From assembly GCA_964016885.1 (NCBI GenBank), contig OZ024742.1:290966001-291030000 (forward strand): a DNA stretch of 64,000 nt, in the 5' to 3' direction. Numbering within the stretch: the first letter of the stretch is position 1; every line of letters starts with the position of its first letter. The position numbers and the translations under genes are program-made. Source of the DNA: Eledone cirrhosa. Its lineage: Eukaryota. The notes beneath the pieces are model-generated. The model made no database searches, had not been told where the DNA came from, and saw only the letters and a list, made by a program, of their open reading frames with translations. Shown here in pieces: positions 48,521 to 60,661 of the stretch.

Positions 48521-50611
48521 TTTTTTTGAAGATAAAATTTGTCAGGTATGTATACAAAACAACTTCAGATTTAGCCCATAAGGTCTACAGATAAAGGAAA
48601 ACCAACTGGCTAGCTAGGATCCTAGTTGATTTAACCACAAAACAATATATGTTCAACTAAAAACATTGTATAACAAGGTGAAAAACAACACGCTAAAGGG
48701 TTAAATACAATTATGTAAACAAAACATCTGTCTTAATGTTATTTCATAAGTGGAAACTTCGTCGCATTTAATCGCCTCCACAATAATGGATATATGACTG
48801 ACATGGAGAGTGCTTTTAGCTGTTTAAACCAGATTATCTTCATGATGTTGCAATGAAACCTTCACAAATAATCACCCTAATAATGAGCAACTATGTATAT
48901 AATTGTTTCTACGTTAGGCACAAGGCCAGCAATTACCCAGTGCATAACTGGTACTTTATTTTATCGACCCCGTAAGGATGAAAGGCAAAGTTAACCTTGG
49001 CAGGATTTGAACTATATATATAATACACAATATAATGAGCAACTATATATATAATACACACAAACACACACACACATGTATATGCGCATTTTGTCCTTGA
49101 ACAAGAGATTTTGTAGCTAAATCTCTTTGCAGATACAGACCCCAAAATTACATCTGGCTGCTATTTCTCTTTATCCCAGGTTGACGTCAGTAGTCTGGAA
49201 AGGATGACCAACTTGAGATTAAATGAGATAAGTTTTTTTGGGGATCATTCTACTCTGGTTCCTTGGAAGAGAAGGATCACTTTGAATTGCTCAAGCAAGT
49301 AGCGAGATGTAGCACTTATCAAGAAACTTTGGCCCTCTCGACAAGGGCCCGACAGTAATTCTTCTATTGGCACTTCAACCACTCTCAGCCATCTGCCTCT
49401 TCATATAGACAACACAGCTTCCTTGCCACTGTGAGCTTACTACTAACTCTGCTGGTATATACTGTCTGATTACAACTGGTCACTTTTTAATCGGACATCG
49501 CATATTAAACAAAGAGTCTCCATCACAACACAGAAGCCTTTATCTACTTATATATATAACCAGCAATTTCTCTGTCTGTCTGTCCGACAGTGGAAACACG
49601 TGCATAGAGAGAGAGTGAGAGTGAAAGAAAGAGACAGACTACGAGAGGGGGATAGCGGGAGGGAGAGAGGGAGAGAGAGAGAGTGAATAGACGCTAAAAC
49701 ACGTGCTACAGAAATATTACGTTCCCCTTCCTTTCTCCACTTTGGTACTACCAAGAGAAACACTGTCGCTATAGAAACATTACCTTCCCCTCTCCACTGA
49801 CTTTGGTCACTGAGGCCGAGGGGATCGCTGGTTGCTATAGAGACACCTTGCACGAGCCAGAAGTAACCAGTTCAAGGCAGTTCTGACTTGACACCTTGAA
49901 TTTGTGGTTTGAAGAAGGTTGCCATTGAATTTGTGGTTGTTGCTGCTGATAATAAGGACCATTTGAAGACGGTTGCTGCTGATGAGGTAATTTATTAATC
50001 AGATTGCACAGTTCCATAACCTACGTTTGATTTGTTCAATTTTTTTGTTCATTTTTTTTTGTCGTTTTTTTTTTATTTGTTATTGAAAAAATATAAATAA
50101 TAAAATAAGGTTAGAAATTTAAATACAATTAAATACGATTTAATTTCCATTTCCAGCAGCCAATGTCCAGTGTTCAATTTCATGAAAAAATTGGAAATAA
50201 TTCAAAAAATTGAAGTTTAACTTTTGAACATTTGTTTTGACAATAAAAATATATTTCCTTATTCACACCTAATGGTATGATTAAAATTTCATAGGAATAT
50301 TTTTTTCTATTTAAATATTATTAAAAATAAATTTTTTTTTAAAAGAATGTAAGATTTTGTGGATTTTTTTACCACCTTCCAAGCCTTAAACACTAATTCT
50401 CGCGAATTTGTGTTTTGTAATGACCCTTAGGACGCTGTTAGTGTTGATTCCAATAGTGCCTGGTATTCGAATATGTTAGTATAAAATTTTTTGAATAAAA
50501 TTAAGGCGCAATTAGAGCTGCCAAACAAAATTTTTTTCGGCTTCGGCCCATATTATATATATATATAATGGCGATGATGATGATGATATACATAGTTACA
50601 TATGTATATGT

Positions 50612-51209
50612 AATCTCCTTATAATATATAACCAGCAATTTCTCTGTCTGTCTGTCCGACAGTGGAAACACGTGCGCGCGTGCGAATGTTTTTTGCGCAC
50701 GCGTAGAGAGAGAGTGAGAGTGAAAGAAAGAGAAGACTACGAGAGGGGGATAGCGGGAGGGAGAGAGAGAGAGTGAATAGACGCTAAAACACGTGCGCGC
50801 GTGCAAATGTTTTTTGCGCACGCGTAGATAGAGAGTGAGAGTGAAAGAAAGAGACAGACTACAAGAGGGGGATAGTGGGAGGGAGAGAGGGGGGAATTGA
50901 GGAGTGCTACAGAAACATATATACATTTCTGTGTGTGTGTAATATATATATATATACACACACAGAAATATATATATATACACACAGAAATATATATACA
51001 TTTCTGTGTGTGTAATATATATATATATACATACAGAAATATATATACATTTCTGTGTGTGTAATATATATATATACACACAGAAATATATATACATTTC
51101 TGTGTGTGTAATATATATATATATACACACAGAAATATATATACATTTCCGTGTGTGTAATATATATATATACTAGCAGAAAACCACCCAGTGGGTGGTT
51201 TTCTGCTAG
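50612..51209 (+). mobile_element. Non-autonomous Helitron containing a tandem hairpin array
   Basis: 5' end TC...ATATATAACCAGCAATTTCTCTGTCTGTCTGTCC (also at ~49543). Ends in a perfect palindrome with CTAG. Confidence 0.6.
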
Positions 51210-52127
51210 TCTATATATATAAAACTGAGGATGTCTGTCTGTGTGTGTGTGAGTTTGAATCCCTAAAACTCAAGAACCACCCAACCGACTGTTTTCAAAC
51301 TTTACACATGTAATACTTGTTTCAGGAAGTGTTCTGAGCAAAAAAATTTTCAATGCCCTAGGGACCGCATTAGGCGATTTAGCGATCTCTCTCTATAATT
51401 CTTAGTCTTTCTCTTTTTAGATAGATACATACATATAACGTCGCGCCCTTATACTATGTCTGTATGTCTGACTGTCTGCATTACGTCACTTCCCTGAGGA
51501 TGTCTGCCTGTGTGTGTGTGTCTGTGAGTTTGAATCCCTAAAAATCGAGAAGTACCCAACCGATTTTTTTCAAACTTTACATGTGTATTACTTATGTTTC
51601 AGGGAGTGTTATGCACATAAAGAAATTCAACTTTTCGATCCCCTAGGGCCCGCATTAGTTGAAAAACTGCGTTTTTTCAGGTTGTTAGGTTTTTTTTTTA
51701 GTCGTTACGTCAGACTGATTTCCTTGAAATTGTAACTAAGTATTAGTCAGTCTCTTCTTCATACCGTGAGCAAAGAAAATCCAACTTTTGTATGGCCTAG
51801 GGCCCACATTAGGTGAAAAACTTCATTTTTTCAGCTTTTTAGGGCTCCTTTGAAGCGTTACGTCTAGCCGATTTTCCCGAAATTTCAAGGCCTGTTATGC
51901 ACACAAAAAAGAATTCATTTTCTTGATTCCCTAGGGCTCGCATTAGGTGAAAACCTGCATTTTTCCTGCTTTATTGAGGAAAATCTTAAAGATTATCCAG
52001 CCATCAGAGTATTCAGTTTATTTTCTTTACATATTGTCCATGCATGCAGTTTTTCCACGATTAGGTCTGTTGGCGGCTCGCGTTCCAAAAATACCTTATC
52101 CCGTGCAACGCCGGGTACCACTGCTAG
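51210..52127 (+). mobile_element. Non-autonomous Helitron
   Basis: 5' end TCTATATATATAAAACTGAGGATGTCTGTCTGTG. 3' end CCCGTGCAACGCCGGGTACCACTGCTAG|T. Contains internal sub-repeats. Confidence 0.78.
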
Positions 52128-53950
52128 TGAACACTATATTCATTTATAAATACTACCATCAAACTTTATAAATACGATTCGAAGTAATCATATTTTCTTT
52201 TCTTTTTACTGAAGGGAAGTAAAGTTATAAATTCCACCAGAATTATTGGTATTTGTCGTGTTTATCCTCCTCTACAACTACGAAAATCTTTGCTTCAACT
52301 TTATTTCATGTTTTTCCAATCAGCACAAAATGAATTTCATCTGTAATTCAAAGGGCCAGCCATGTCACACTGTATCGTGTTAAATCTCCCAGAGAAGCAA
52401 GTTCAAGGTACAGATGTCTGTGGAATGATCAGCCACTTGCACGTTAATATTGCGAGGAGGCTGTTCTGTTTAATCAACTCGAACATTCGTCGTCGGAATT
52501 CCGAGACGTGTGTGTGTGTAATAAATATCTGATGCTCTCCCAATTTTAGATATTGTTTACCAAATTACTTTACACACACACTATATATATGTGTGTGTGT
52601 GCGTCGCTTCTCTATATCTTTCTCTCCCTTTGACTGTGTCTATCTGTTTCTCTCTCCTTCATCCCCCCCCCCCTCTTTAGTGCCTGGCGACAGTATTCAA
52701 TGCCCCCCCCCCCTGCTTCCAATATAGACTGCTGCAGAAGTTCCTGTTTTTTAATTTTTTATCATTAATAGAGTTTAATAATATTCTTTATATAGCTAAC
52801 AATCATTATCATCTCGCCACCTCTTCTACTATTACTATCATCTGCTATATCACTATATCGCTACCTGTCTTTAAATATATATTTTCAGCCAATTGGATTT
52901 CATCTATGGTATTTAATAATATTAATATTATCATCAGCCTAACATAAACATTACGGTGTTGTTTATCAACACACGACGCTAGGTTAATACTGACCTAGGT
53001 GACTTATCACCAAAGGTATTTGAACCGCGACCATACCATTATTTTAGGTGTATGTAAAACTACATTATATCATATGCTTTACCACATTTACGATTGGAAA
53101 AAGATGAAGCTACTATTTTTTACAGATCGAGTATAAGAGAAACATATGTCCGCTTATTGTCATATGTTGTTTATTATTCTTGTATATCATTGTTATTGTC
53201 TACTATATATCGCCACCTGTCTTTAAATATATTCCATATATTAACATTATAACCAACCCCACACAAACGTTACAGTGTTCTCTATCAACACACCGCACAT
53301 TACAAGACAAACAAACAGATGTCCATTCATTCTGTCACATCCTGTTTATAACCCGTTTCTCCGCTTTCCCCCTTTCCTTCACTTTTAATTTATAAATATT
53401 TGTCACCGGTTCTTAAGATATTGTTTTTAAACACAATACAAGCCTTACTGTGTCAATACCGCTAAGAATCTGACCATAACAGGTTTTTATAACAGAACGT
53501 TGCTATATAAGGTGAAAATCTGAGAAAGCGAAAAAGAATAGAAAAGAAACGATAAACACTTCGATAAGGAGTTTGTGATCTTTTAATAATACTTTGATTT
53601 TTATTCACAGGTGTATATAAAAAAAATATATATAATGGTTACTGAACAAAAACACAAACACATATAATATATATATACAAAGCAGGTAACACACACATCT
53701 GGGACCACATACAACAAAAGGGGTGGGTAAACGAATCGCTAAAACAAAAGATAACAGTATCGTGAAGAGCACTGGGAAAGCTCACTAATATATATATATA
53801 TATTTTAATGATACTAATTCCAAATGTAACTCCTGTACAATTCCTGATATTTGGAAACGGCGTGGAACAACAAAACAATAACAGACCGTATCAAACATCG
53901 TCACTGGAAAATTATAAGTAACTAAAGCAGTTTAATCAATTATTTAGACC

Positions 53951-54200
53951 ATGTATTCGTTTGTAACCCCGTCGTGTATGTTGTCATATTGGAAGGTGTT
54001 GTTATTTATGGCAATACTGACATTGTCTACACACCTTGTTAATGCTACTGATGGTTCAACGGCTGCTGTCACCACTGCTGAGGACAATGGTAAATCCAAT
54101 GAAGAAGGGTTCACATTCCACCGTGTCACTCTGGTTTCGGATGTCGAACAATTTAAATCTTCAGAAGGTTTCAAAATGGTTTACTACATCGTGAATTCTG
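53951..54200 (+). CDS. TXNDC16: TXNDC16/ERp90-like thioredoxin-domain protein, coding exon 1 (signal peptide)
   Basis: TTTAG acceptor then ACCATG. Hydrophobic signal-peptide-like stretch (WKVLLFMAILTLSTHLVNA). GTACGT donor at 54201, phase 1. The true start may be the second Met at 53978. Confidence 0.75.
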
Positions 54201-54301
54201 GTACGTGTTTTTTTTCTCTTAACTTTCTATACATACATAATGGCTGCCCCCTCGTTATCGAGTATGGCCATTGCATGATATAACATTATTAATAATGTAG
54301 A

Positions 54302-55075
54302 GGGCGGTGAATTGGCAGTATCGGTAGAGGGTCGGACATGCTTTCCAGCATAGTTACTTCCCTTTACGATCTGAGTTCAAATCCCGGCGAGGTTAACTTT
54401 GCCTTTCATCCTTACGAGGTCGATAAAATAAAGTACCAGTAATGTACTGGGTAATTGCTGGCCTTGTGCCAAAAGTAGAAACAATTAATAATTGTTTCTA
54501 ATTTTGGCACAAGGCCAGCAATTACCCAGTGCATTACTGGTACTTTATTTTATCGACCCCGTAAGGATGAAAGGCAAAGTCAACCTCGGCGGGATTTGAA
54601 CTCAGATCGTAAAGGGACGTAACTATGCTGGAAAGCATGGCGTCCAACCCTCTACCGATACTGCCAATCCACCAGTAGAAACAATTAATAATGTAGCACA
54701 GTTATGTCCCTTTACGATCTGAGTTCAAATTCCGCCGAGGTTAACTTTGCCTTTCATCCTTACGGGGTCGATAAAATAAAGTACCAGTAATACACTGGGA
54801 TAATTGCTGGCCTTGTGCCAAAAACTAGAAACAATTATAAATAATTATTAATTAATTCTATCGAGTATGGCCATTGCACGATATACCATTAGGGCGGTGT
54901 ATTGGTAGAGGGTCAGCCACCATGCCTTGCAGCATAGAGTTACGGCCCTTTATGGTCTGAGTTCAAATCCCGCCGAGGCTAACTTTGCCTTTCATCCTTA
55001 CGGGGTTGATAAAATAAAGTACCAGTAATACACTGAGATAATTGCTGGCCTTGTGCCAAAAGTAGAAACAATTAA
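54302..55075. mobile_element. Cluster of four Meta-like SINEs (+,-,+,+) in the TXNDC16 intron
   Basis: Copies at ~54302-54486 (+), 54489-54673 (-), 54700-54838 (+, 5'-truncated) and 54892-55075 (+). Confidence 0.9.
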
Positions 55076-55500
55076 TTAATTCTATCGTGCAATGCCTGTG
55101 CGTGAAGATATTTTTTAAAGTGAGGAAAGACTGCACTGAGCCAATCCCACTCTCTGAGCGACAGTAGCTATAACCCGAAAAGAAGAAAAGATCAACATCA
55201 TCGGTAACTACTGAGCCGCAGGTTTTATATCAGAGTTATCCCAGTTTCCTGAGTTGCCTTCTAGAAGAATGCCCTGACAAAGGCTAGGGGTCCTTCACTC
55301 CCAGTGGTTTAATCGCGCGATCGGGTGTCCAGCCCGACTATTTCTATGTCCCCGCGCATATACATACACATGCATCCATGTATATACACATATACATACA
55401 TATGTACATGTGTATATACATATTTACACACTTTCGGATGGCCGTTGACTCTTACATACATACTCATACATACATTACATACACATATGCATACACAGAT

Positions 55501-55573
<73 letters not shown>

Positions 55574-55935
55574 TATATGATGATGGCTGCCCCCTTGTTA
55601 TCGAGTATGGCCATTGCACAATATACCATTATTAATAATTATTAATTAATTCTATCGTGCAATGCCTGTGCGTGAAGATATTTTTTAAAGTGAGGAAAGA
55701 CTGCGCACTGAGCCAATCCCACTCTCTGAGCGACAGTAGCTATAACTCGAAAAGAAGAAAAGATCAACATCATCGGTAACTACTGAGCCACAGGTTTTAT
55801 ATCGGAGTTATACCAGCTTCATGAGTTACCTTCTCCTAGAAGAATGCCCTGACAAAGGCTAGGGGTCCTTCACTCCCAGTGGTTTAACTGCGCGGTACAT
55901 GTGTATATACATATTTACACACTTTCGGATGGCTG
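55070..55935. repeat. Local duplication (~240 bp, 55070-55315 vs 55640-55890) around a (CA)n microsatellite
   Basis: AATTAATTCTATCGTGCAATGCCTGTGCGTGAAG... through ...CCCAGTGGTTTAA is repeated. Confidence 0.88.
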
Positions 55936-56584
55936 TTGATACTTATGAGTTCTTCTGCCCTTTGTCAGGTTTTGTTTTTTGTCCAGCAGGGTGTCCAAAA
56001 TCACCCTCCTCACCAAGTAAACTTGGTGGGGTTGAAGGTTTAGTCACTCACAACCTGACCATGTGACAGGTTGTACTGGGTTACATGTTACCAGTAGCAC
56101 TCAAGACTCTTGAGCACATACATATATACATACATACATACTGACGCTCAAAAGAAAGCTTAGAATTGATATTTTGAAAGTTTAATAAATGAGGGGAATG
56201 AGTGAAAGGAATAGAGATTACCATGATAAAATGCACTCTGTCTACTCTGTAAAGTGGTTGGTAGCACTGGTTCCATGATAAAATGCACTGTCTACTCTGT
56301 AAAGTGGTTGGTTGTGGTAGTGCCATAAAATGCACTCTGTCTACTCTGTAAAATGGTTGGTAGTGCTGGTGCAATGATAATATGGTCACTATCTATGTAA
56401 AGTGTTAGTAATGATTCCACTATAAAAGGCACTCTGTACTCTATTAAATGGTAGTGCTGGTGCTACAATAAAATGCTTGCAGAACATGCCTTAAAGTGGT
56501 TAGCATTAGGAAGGATATCCAGCCACAGAAACCATGTCAAAGATGGAACATGAGTAATATTAGGTTCTCTGATTTGTCTTAGAC

Positions 56585-57461
56585 CAGATGTTCTCAAAGT
56601 GGGTGCTACCCCACCCACCCCCACACACACACGGGGACCGTTGAGAAGGTCAAGGGAGGGTCCCTGGGCCTTAAGGGGGCGGTGGGGGGACGCTATGAAT
56701 TTATTATTTATAATATAGTATTGTATATATATGATACAATAGTATATTAAATATCAAATGATACATATATATAAATATGGTAAAATAAAATATATATAAA
56801 ATTTATTTATACATAGTATATATTATATTATCTATTATATATAAATTAACGATTTTATTTATTATATACTAGCTGAATTACCCGGTGTTGCTTGGGTTAC
56901 TGCGGTTTTTATTCAGATTAGTAAACAATAAATATGAAGATATGTTTTTTTTTCTCTCATAATTATTTCAAAATATCAAAATTGTAATGATAATAGAATT
57001 TAGAAATGAAAATCTATCAATCTTGAAGCACCTTAGGGTAAACAATATTCATTGGGTAACTTTTTGTTGGTGTCGAAATGAATAAATTGTTGTTACACAC
57101 TCACACACATACACTTGCATATACTTATACACAGACACATACACACTCATATACAATGTGATGTCATCGTGGTTGTTGTCTGCTATAGTTCACTATAGAA
57201 AGTTTATTTTAGATAAAATATTATATTGTTTTAATCCAAATGAAAATAAAATTACATGTTGACACTCCCAGGGTCTAATACCTTGTAAAATTTGATTTGA
57301 TTTGAGAATGCATAGGAACAGACAGACAGAGAGAGACAAAGAATTTCATATATAGAGAGATTATTTACAATTTGTGTGTAGGCAGGTCTCTCTGGAAATA
57401 GGGTTGGGGACATTGAGTGTATTACGCGGCCATTGGGGGGGGGGGGGGTTGAGAACCTCTG
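56585..57461. mobile_element. hAT (Charlie-like) MITE with a nested minus-strand non-autonomous Helitron (~56869-57355)
   Basis: Termini CAGATGTTCTCAA ... TTGAGAACCTCTG. Internal ACTAGCTGAATTACCCGGTGTTGCTTGGG is a reverse Helitron 3' end. Confidence 0.6.
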
Positions 57462-57746
57462 ACTTAAATTGTGATAACCTGTCATCCCATTACAACATGG
57501 GAAAACACGTAAAATAATGATAACGATGATTATTGCAGTGCATGTACTGATGGTGGTGGTGAATGTGGTGATTGTGGATGTAGTGGTGGTGGATGTAGTG
57601 GTGGTGGATGTAGTGGTGGTGGATGTAGTGATGGTGGTGGTGATGATGGGGGTGATGTTGGTGGTGATGATGATGTTGATGATTATGGTGATGATGATTT
57701 TGGTTGGCTTTAAAATACCTTTCAATCAGTTTTCAATATTTTGCAG

Positions 57747-57838
57747 CTATCCCAGCATTTGAAGAAAAGAATGATTTTTTTGAAATATTTGAAAACTCTG
57801 CAGAGATTCTTCACAAGTATGGTTTCAAAGTTGCCATT
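57747..57838 (+). CDS. TXNDC16: TXNDC16-like coding exon 2
   Basis: TTGCAG acceptor and GTAAGT donor, phase 1 to 0. (A)IPAFEEKNDFFEIFENSAEILHKYGFKVAI resembles TXNDC16 FLEELNEAVRPLQDYGISVAK. Confidence 0.82.
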
Positions 57839-58029
57839 GTAAGTGGAATCTCACTTTTATTTATTGTTCTTTTACTGGTTTTAGTCATTAGACAGCGATC
57901 ATGGTGGGACACCACTATTAACGAAATTAATAGACCATATTAATCCCAGAACATTTTTTTCAAGTCTTGTATTTATTTTATTGTCAAGCCTCTAAATTAC
58001 ATGATATAAACTAACAATTACCAAAACAT

Positions 58030-58740
58030 TTTGCTCTGAGAGTTCCCCATACACTGAGGAAGGGATTTTTAAGTCCCAAAATATCAGGACAAAAGATTAA
58101 AAATATGTGTAAAACCATCTGGTCTCTTCCCATCAACATTGAACAATCCAGCTGGCTCTAGAAATGATGGAGTAATTACCTTGCTTAATAATTACGCTTA
58201 GCTTGGTATGGTGAGTGAAATGACCATCATTCAGGTGGCAAGACAAACCATGAAGACTTGTGGAGTTGAGGGACCTACCACAGCAACATTTCAGTCCTCC
58301 ATAGACATTGATTCCCACTCTGAGTCAGCCACCAATGTTGGACATAGGCAGGGCATCAACCCAGTCCTTCCCCCAAGAATTTTACGCTTGCAGAAAGTAG
58401 GTGACACCTTAAAAATTGATCAGATTGATCCAAGAGAGAGTTGAAGGTGTCTCTCAAATGCAAATTGTCCCAAACTCTCTATTCCAGTCTATCCTCCTCT
58501 GTATCAGGAACTGACAAACCTAGCTCCCTCCACTGTTCTAGAGCTTCATTTATCTCCCTGTTGAAACTAGTCCATGTTTGAGAAGAGAGGATGTTACCTA
58601 CAAAAGGGGAGCAAGCATGGATGGAGGAGAGAAAGCAGGAAGGAACAGATAAGTATTTATGAAGACCTAGGTCTCCAAATCATTTGGGCAATGCAGCCTG
58701 GTCACGAGACTCTGGAGAGAGTCTGATGTTAGTAATGGAA
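58030..58740 (-). mobile_element. CRE-like non-LTR retrotransposon fragment (zinc knuckle + restriction-like endonuclease start)
   Basis: The minus strand has QAALPK*FGDLGL, C.CG......HGLSC......HH and LEPAGLFNVDGKRPDG. Confidence 0.75.
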
Positions 58741-59004
58741 TAAATTTAGTAAAGTTGAAATTCTTCATTAATTAATTGAAATAGAATGTATTTCATTAAA
58801 AATATTGTCATCAAAAGATTAAATAATTGTATACTTGCTTTCTATGAATTTTTATTTTGTTGTCATTGTTGGGTAGGTAAACTAGAATTTAACTGTAAAT
58901 ATATATGGTAATATTTTCAAACAGGAAAAATGTGTAGATATCATCATGATCATTATTCAATTGTAGTAACAGGTGGCCACTACTCCCCTCCAATCATTGC
59001 AGGT

Positions 59005-59205
59005 GTTATAATCAGTTGTGGCCGTGTGTATGTGTGCATGGGAATCGGTTGTGGCTTGTGTGTGTGTGCATGGGAATCAGTTGTGGCCTGTGTGTGTGTG
59101 TGCATGGGAATCAGTTGTGGTCTTGTGTGTGCATGGGAATCAGTTGTGTGGTTGTGTGTGTGTGCATATGAATCAGTTGTAATCAGGTGTATGTGTGCAT
59201 GTGCA
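59005..59205. repeat. Minisatellite, ~28-32 bp unit (GTGTGCATGGGAATCAGTTGTGG)
   Basis: About 6 imperfect copies. Confidence 0.8.
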
Positions 59206-59649
59206 CACCAATCATCATTGTTCAACTCATGTGTCTGTGTATTACAATCATCATCGTTCAACTGCAGTAACAATAACAGATAACCACAATTCTCTTCCAC
59301 TCACTGCAGCTTTTATAATCAGTTGCTTTCATTTGTTTACTTTGGTTGGATATATAGGTGGTAAATTGGCAGTGTCATTAAACGTTGGATAGAATGCTTT
59401 GGGTTCAAACCTCACCGAGGTCAATTTGTCTTTCATCCATTCGAGATCAACAAAAAAAGTTGCAGTCAAGTACTGGGGTCGATTCTTCCTCTATATCTCT
59501 TTCTCACATCCTTTCTCCCGCTCTATCCTTCTTTCTCTGGACAAATTATGCTGCATTCAGATCTGGAGAGGAGATGGGCTCTGACAGATTTAAAAGTTCC
59601 CTAGAAGTAATGTATGACTTCCTCAGGAGTTATGGGGTCATATATACAT

Positions 59650-60585
59650 ATCATCATCATTATCGTTTAATGTCCATTTCTCCATGCTAGCATGGCTAAG
59701 ATGAGTTACCCCATTTGAGACAAGCCAGGTCAGGTGACCATGTCTTGCTCATACAGAACTGATTTTGGCTTGGTGTCTACAGCTGGATGCCCTTCTTAAT
59801 GCCAACCACATTTACTGTGTAGACTTTATATCGGGTGCTTTATATCAAGACATCAAACAGTGTGGTCAAGGTGCTTCTTATTGCGTCGCCTACACGATCA
59901 CTTTACAGGGTGGGCTGGGGGTTGCGATGAGGAGTGTGTGTAAGGACATGGGTGTTGGGTGGGTTGTTAGGATATGGGAGGTGTATGGAATGGAGAAGGG
60001 TAGGAGGGTAGGGGGAAAGTGGTGCACACTAGATGTATGCTTCAACCTGTGCACATGGGAAGGAGGGTCTTCTGTATTACTGCATAGAGCTAGAGATCTC
60101 AGTCCTGTGTCATCACCTTTGAGAAGTGGTCAGTTTTTATCACCTCATCCCAAATCTTCCTGGGTCTTCCTACTCCATAGTTTCCATCAACTTTGAGTGC
60201 TCTGCACCTTTTTATACAGCTGTCTTCCTACATACACATCACATGTCCATACCAACACAATCTCCTCTCTAGCATACTGCATTTGATCCCTCTTATGTCC
60301 AGTTTCTCTCGCAGTTTATTTACTTTTTGCTGTTCTTGTATATTACTATTGCACATCCATCAAAGCATGCAAGTTTCAATTCTTTCCAATCTTCACAGGT
60401 CCTTTACACACATCACCCAAGTCTCTACCATGCAACATTGTTGTTCGTATACATGCATCATACAATCTACCTTTCATTTTGAGGGAAAAAACTTTTGTAG
60501 TTAGCAGTGGTAGTAGCTCCCTGAACTTCTTCCATTATGTTCTCACTCTGGCTACTGTACTTTTGGAACACCCACCTTCATTACT
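59650..60585 (-). mobile_element. RTE LINE 3' portion
   Basis: Diverged homolog of 23610-24400. (GAT)n tail at ~59650. Confidence 0.8.
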
Positions 60586-60661
60586 AATTTGTATATGTGT
60601 GTGTATTTGTTTAAGTGTGTGTATGTGTTGGTATCTATGTTTGTGTATATATATATATAGA

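Noticed and set aside
49140-50020. Coding-like stretches (YWHFNHS; Q-rich 49835..50017 ORF)
   Set aside because: Short, stop-interrupted, and without convincing splice or domain support. Probably decayed LINE sequence.
50501-51146. ORFs of 79-209 aa rich in Y/I/C/T
   Set aside because: Translations of TA/CA microsatellites and the hairpin array. The same applies to 55309-55645 and 36227-36544.
59255-59283. NCSNNNR as a possible TXNDC16 exon 3
   Set aside because: It has an in-frame stop and no good acceptor. The exon at 62815-62885 fits both phase and homology.
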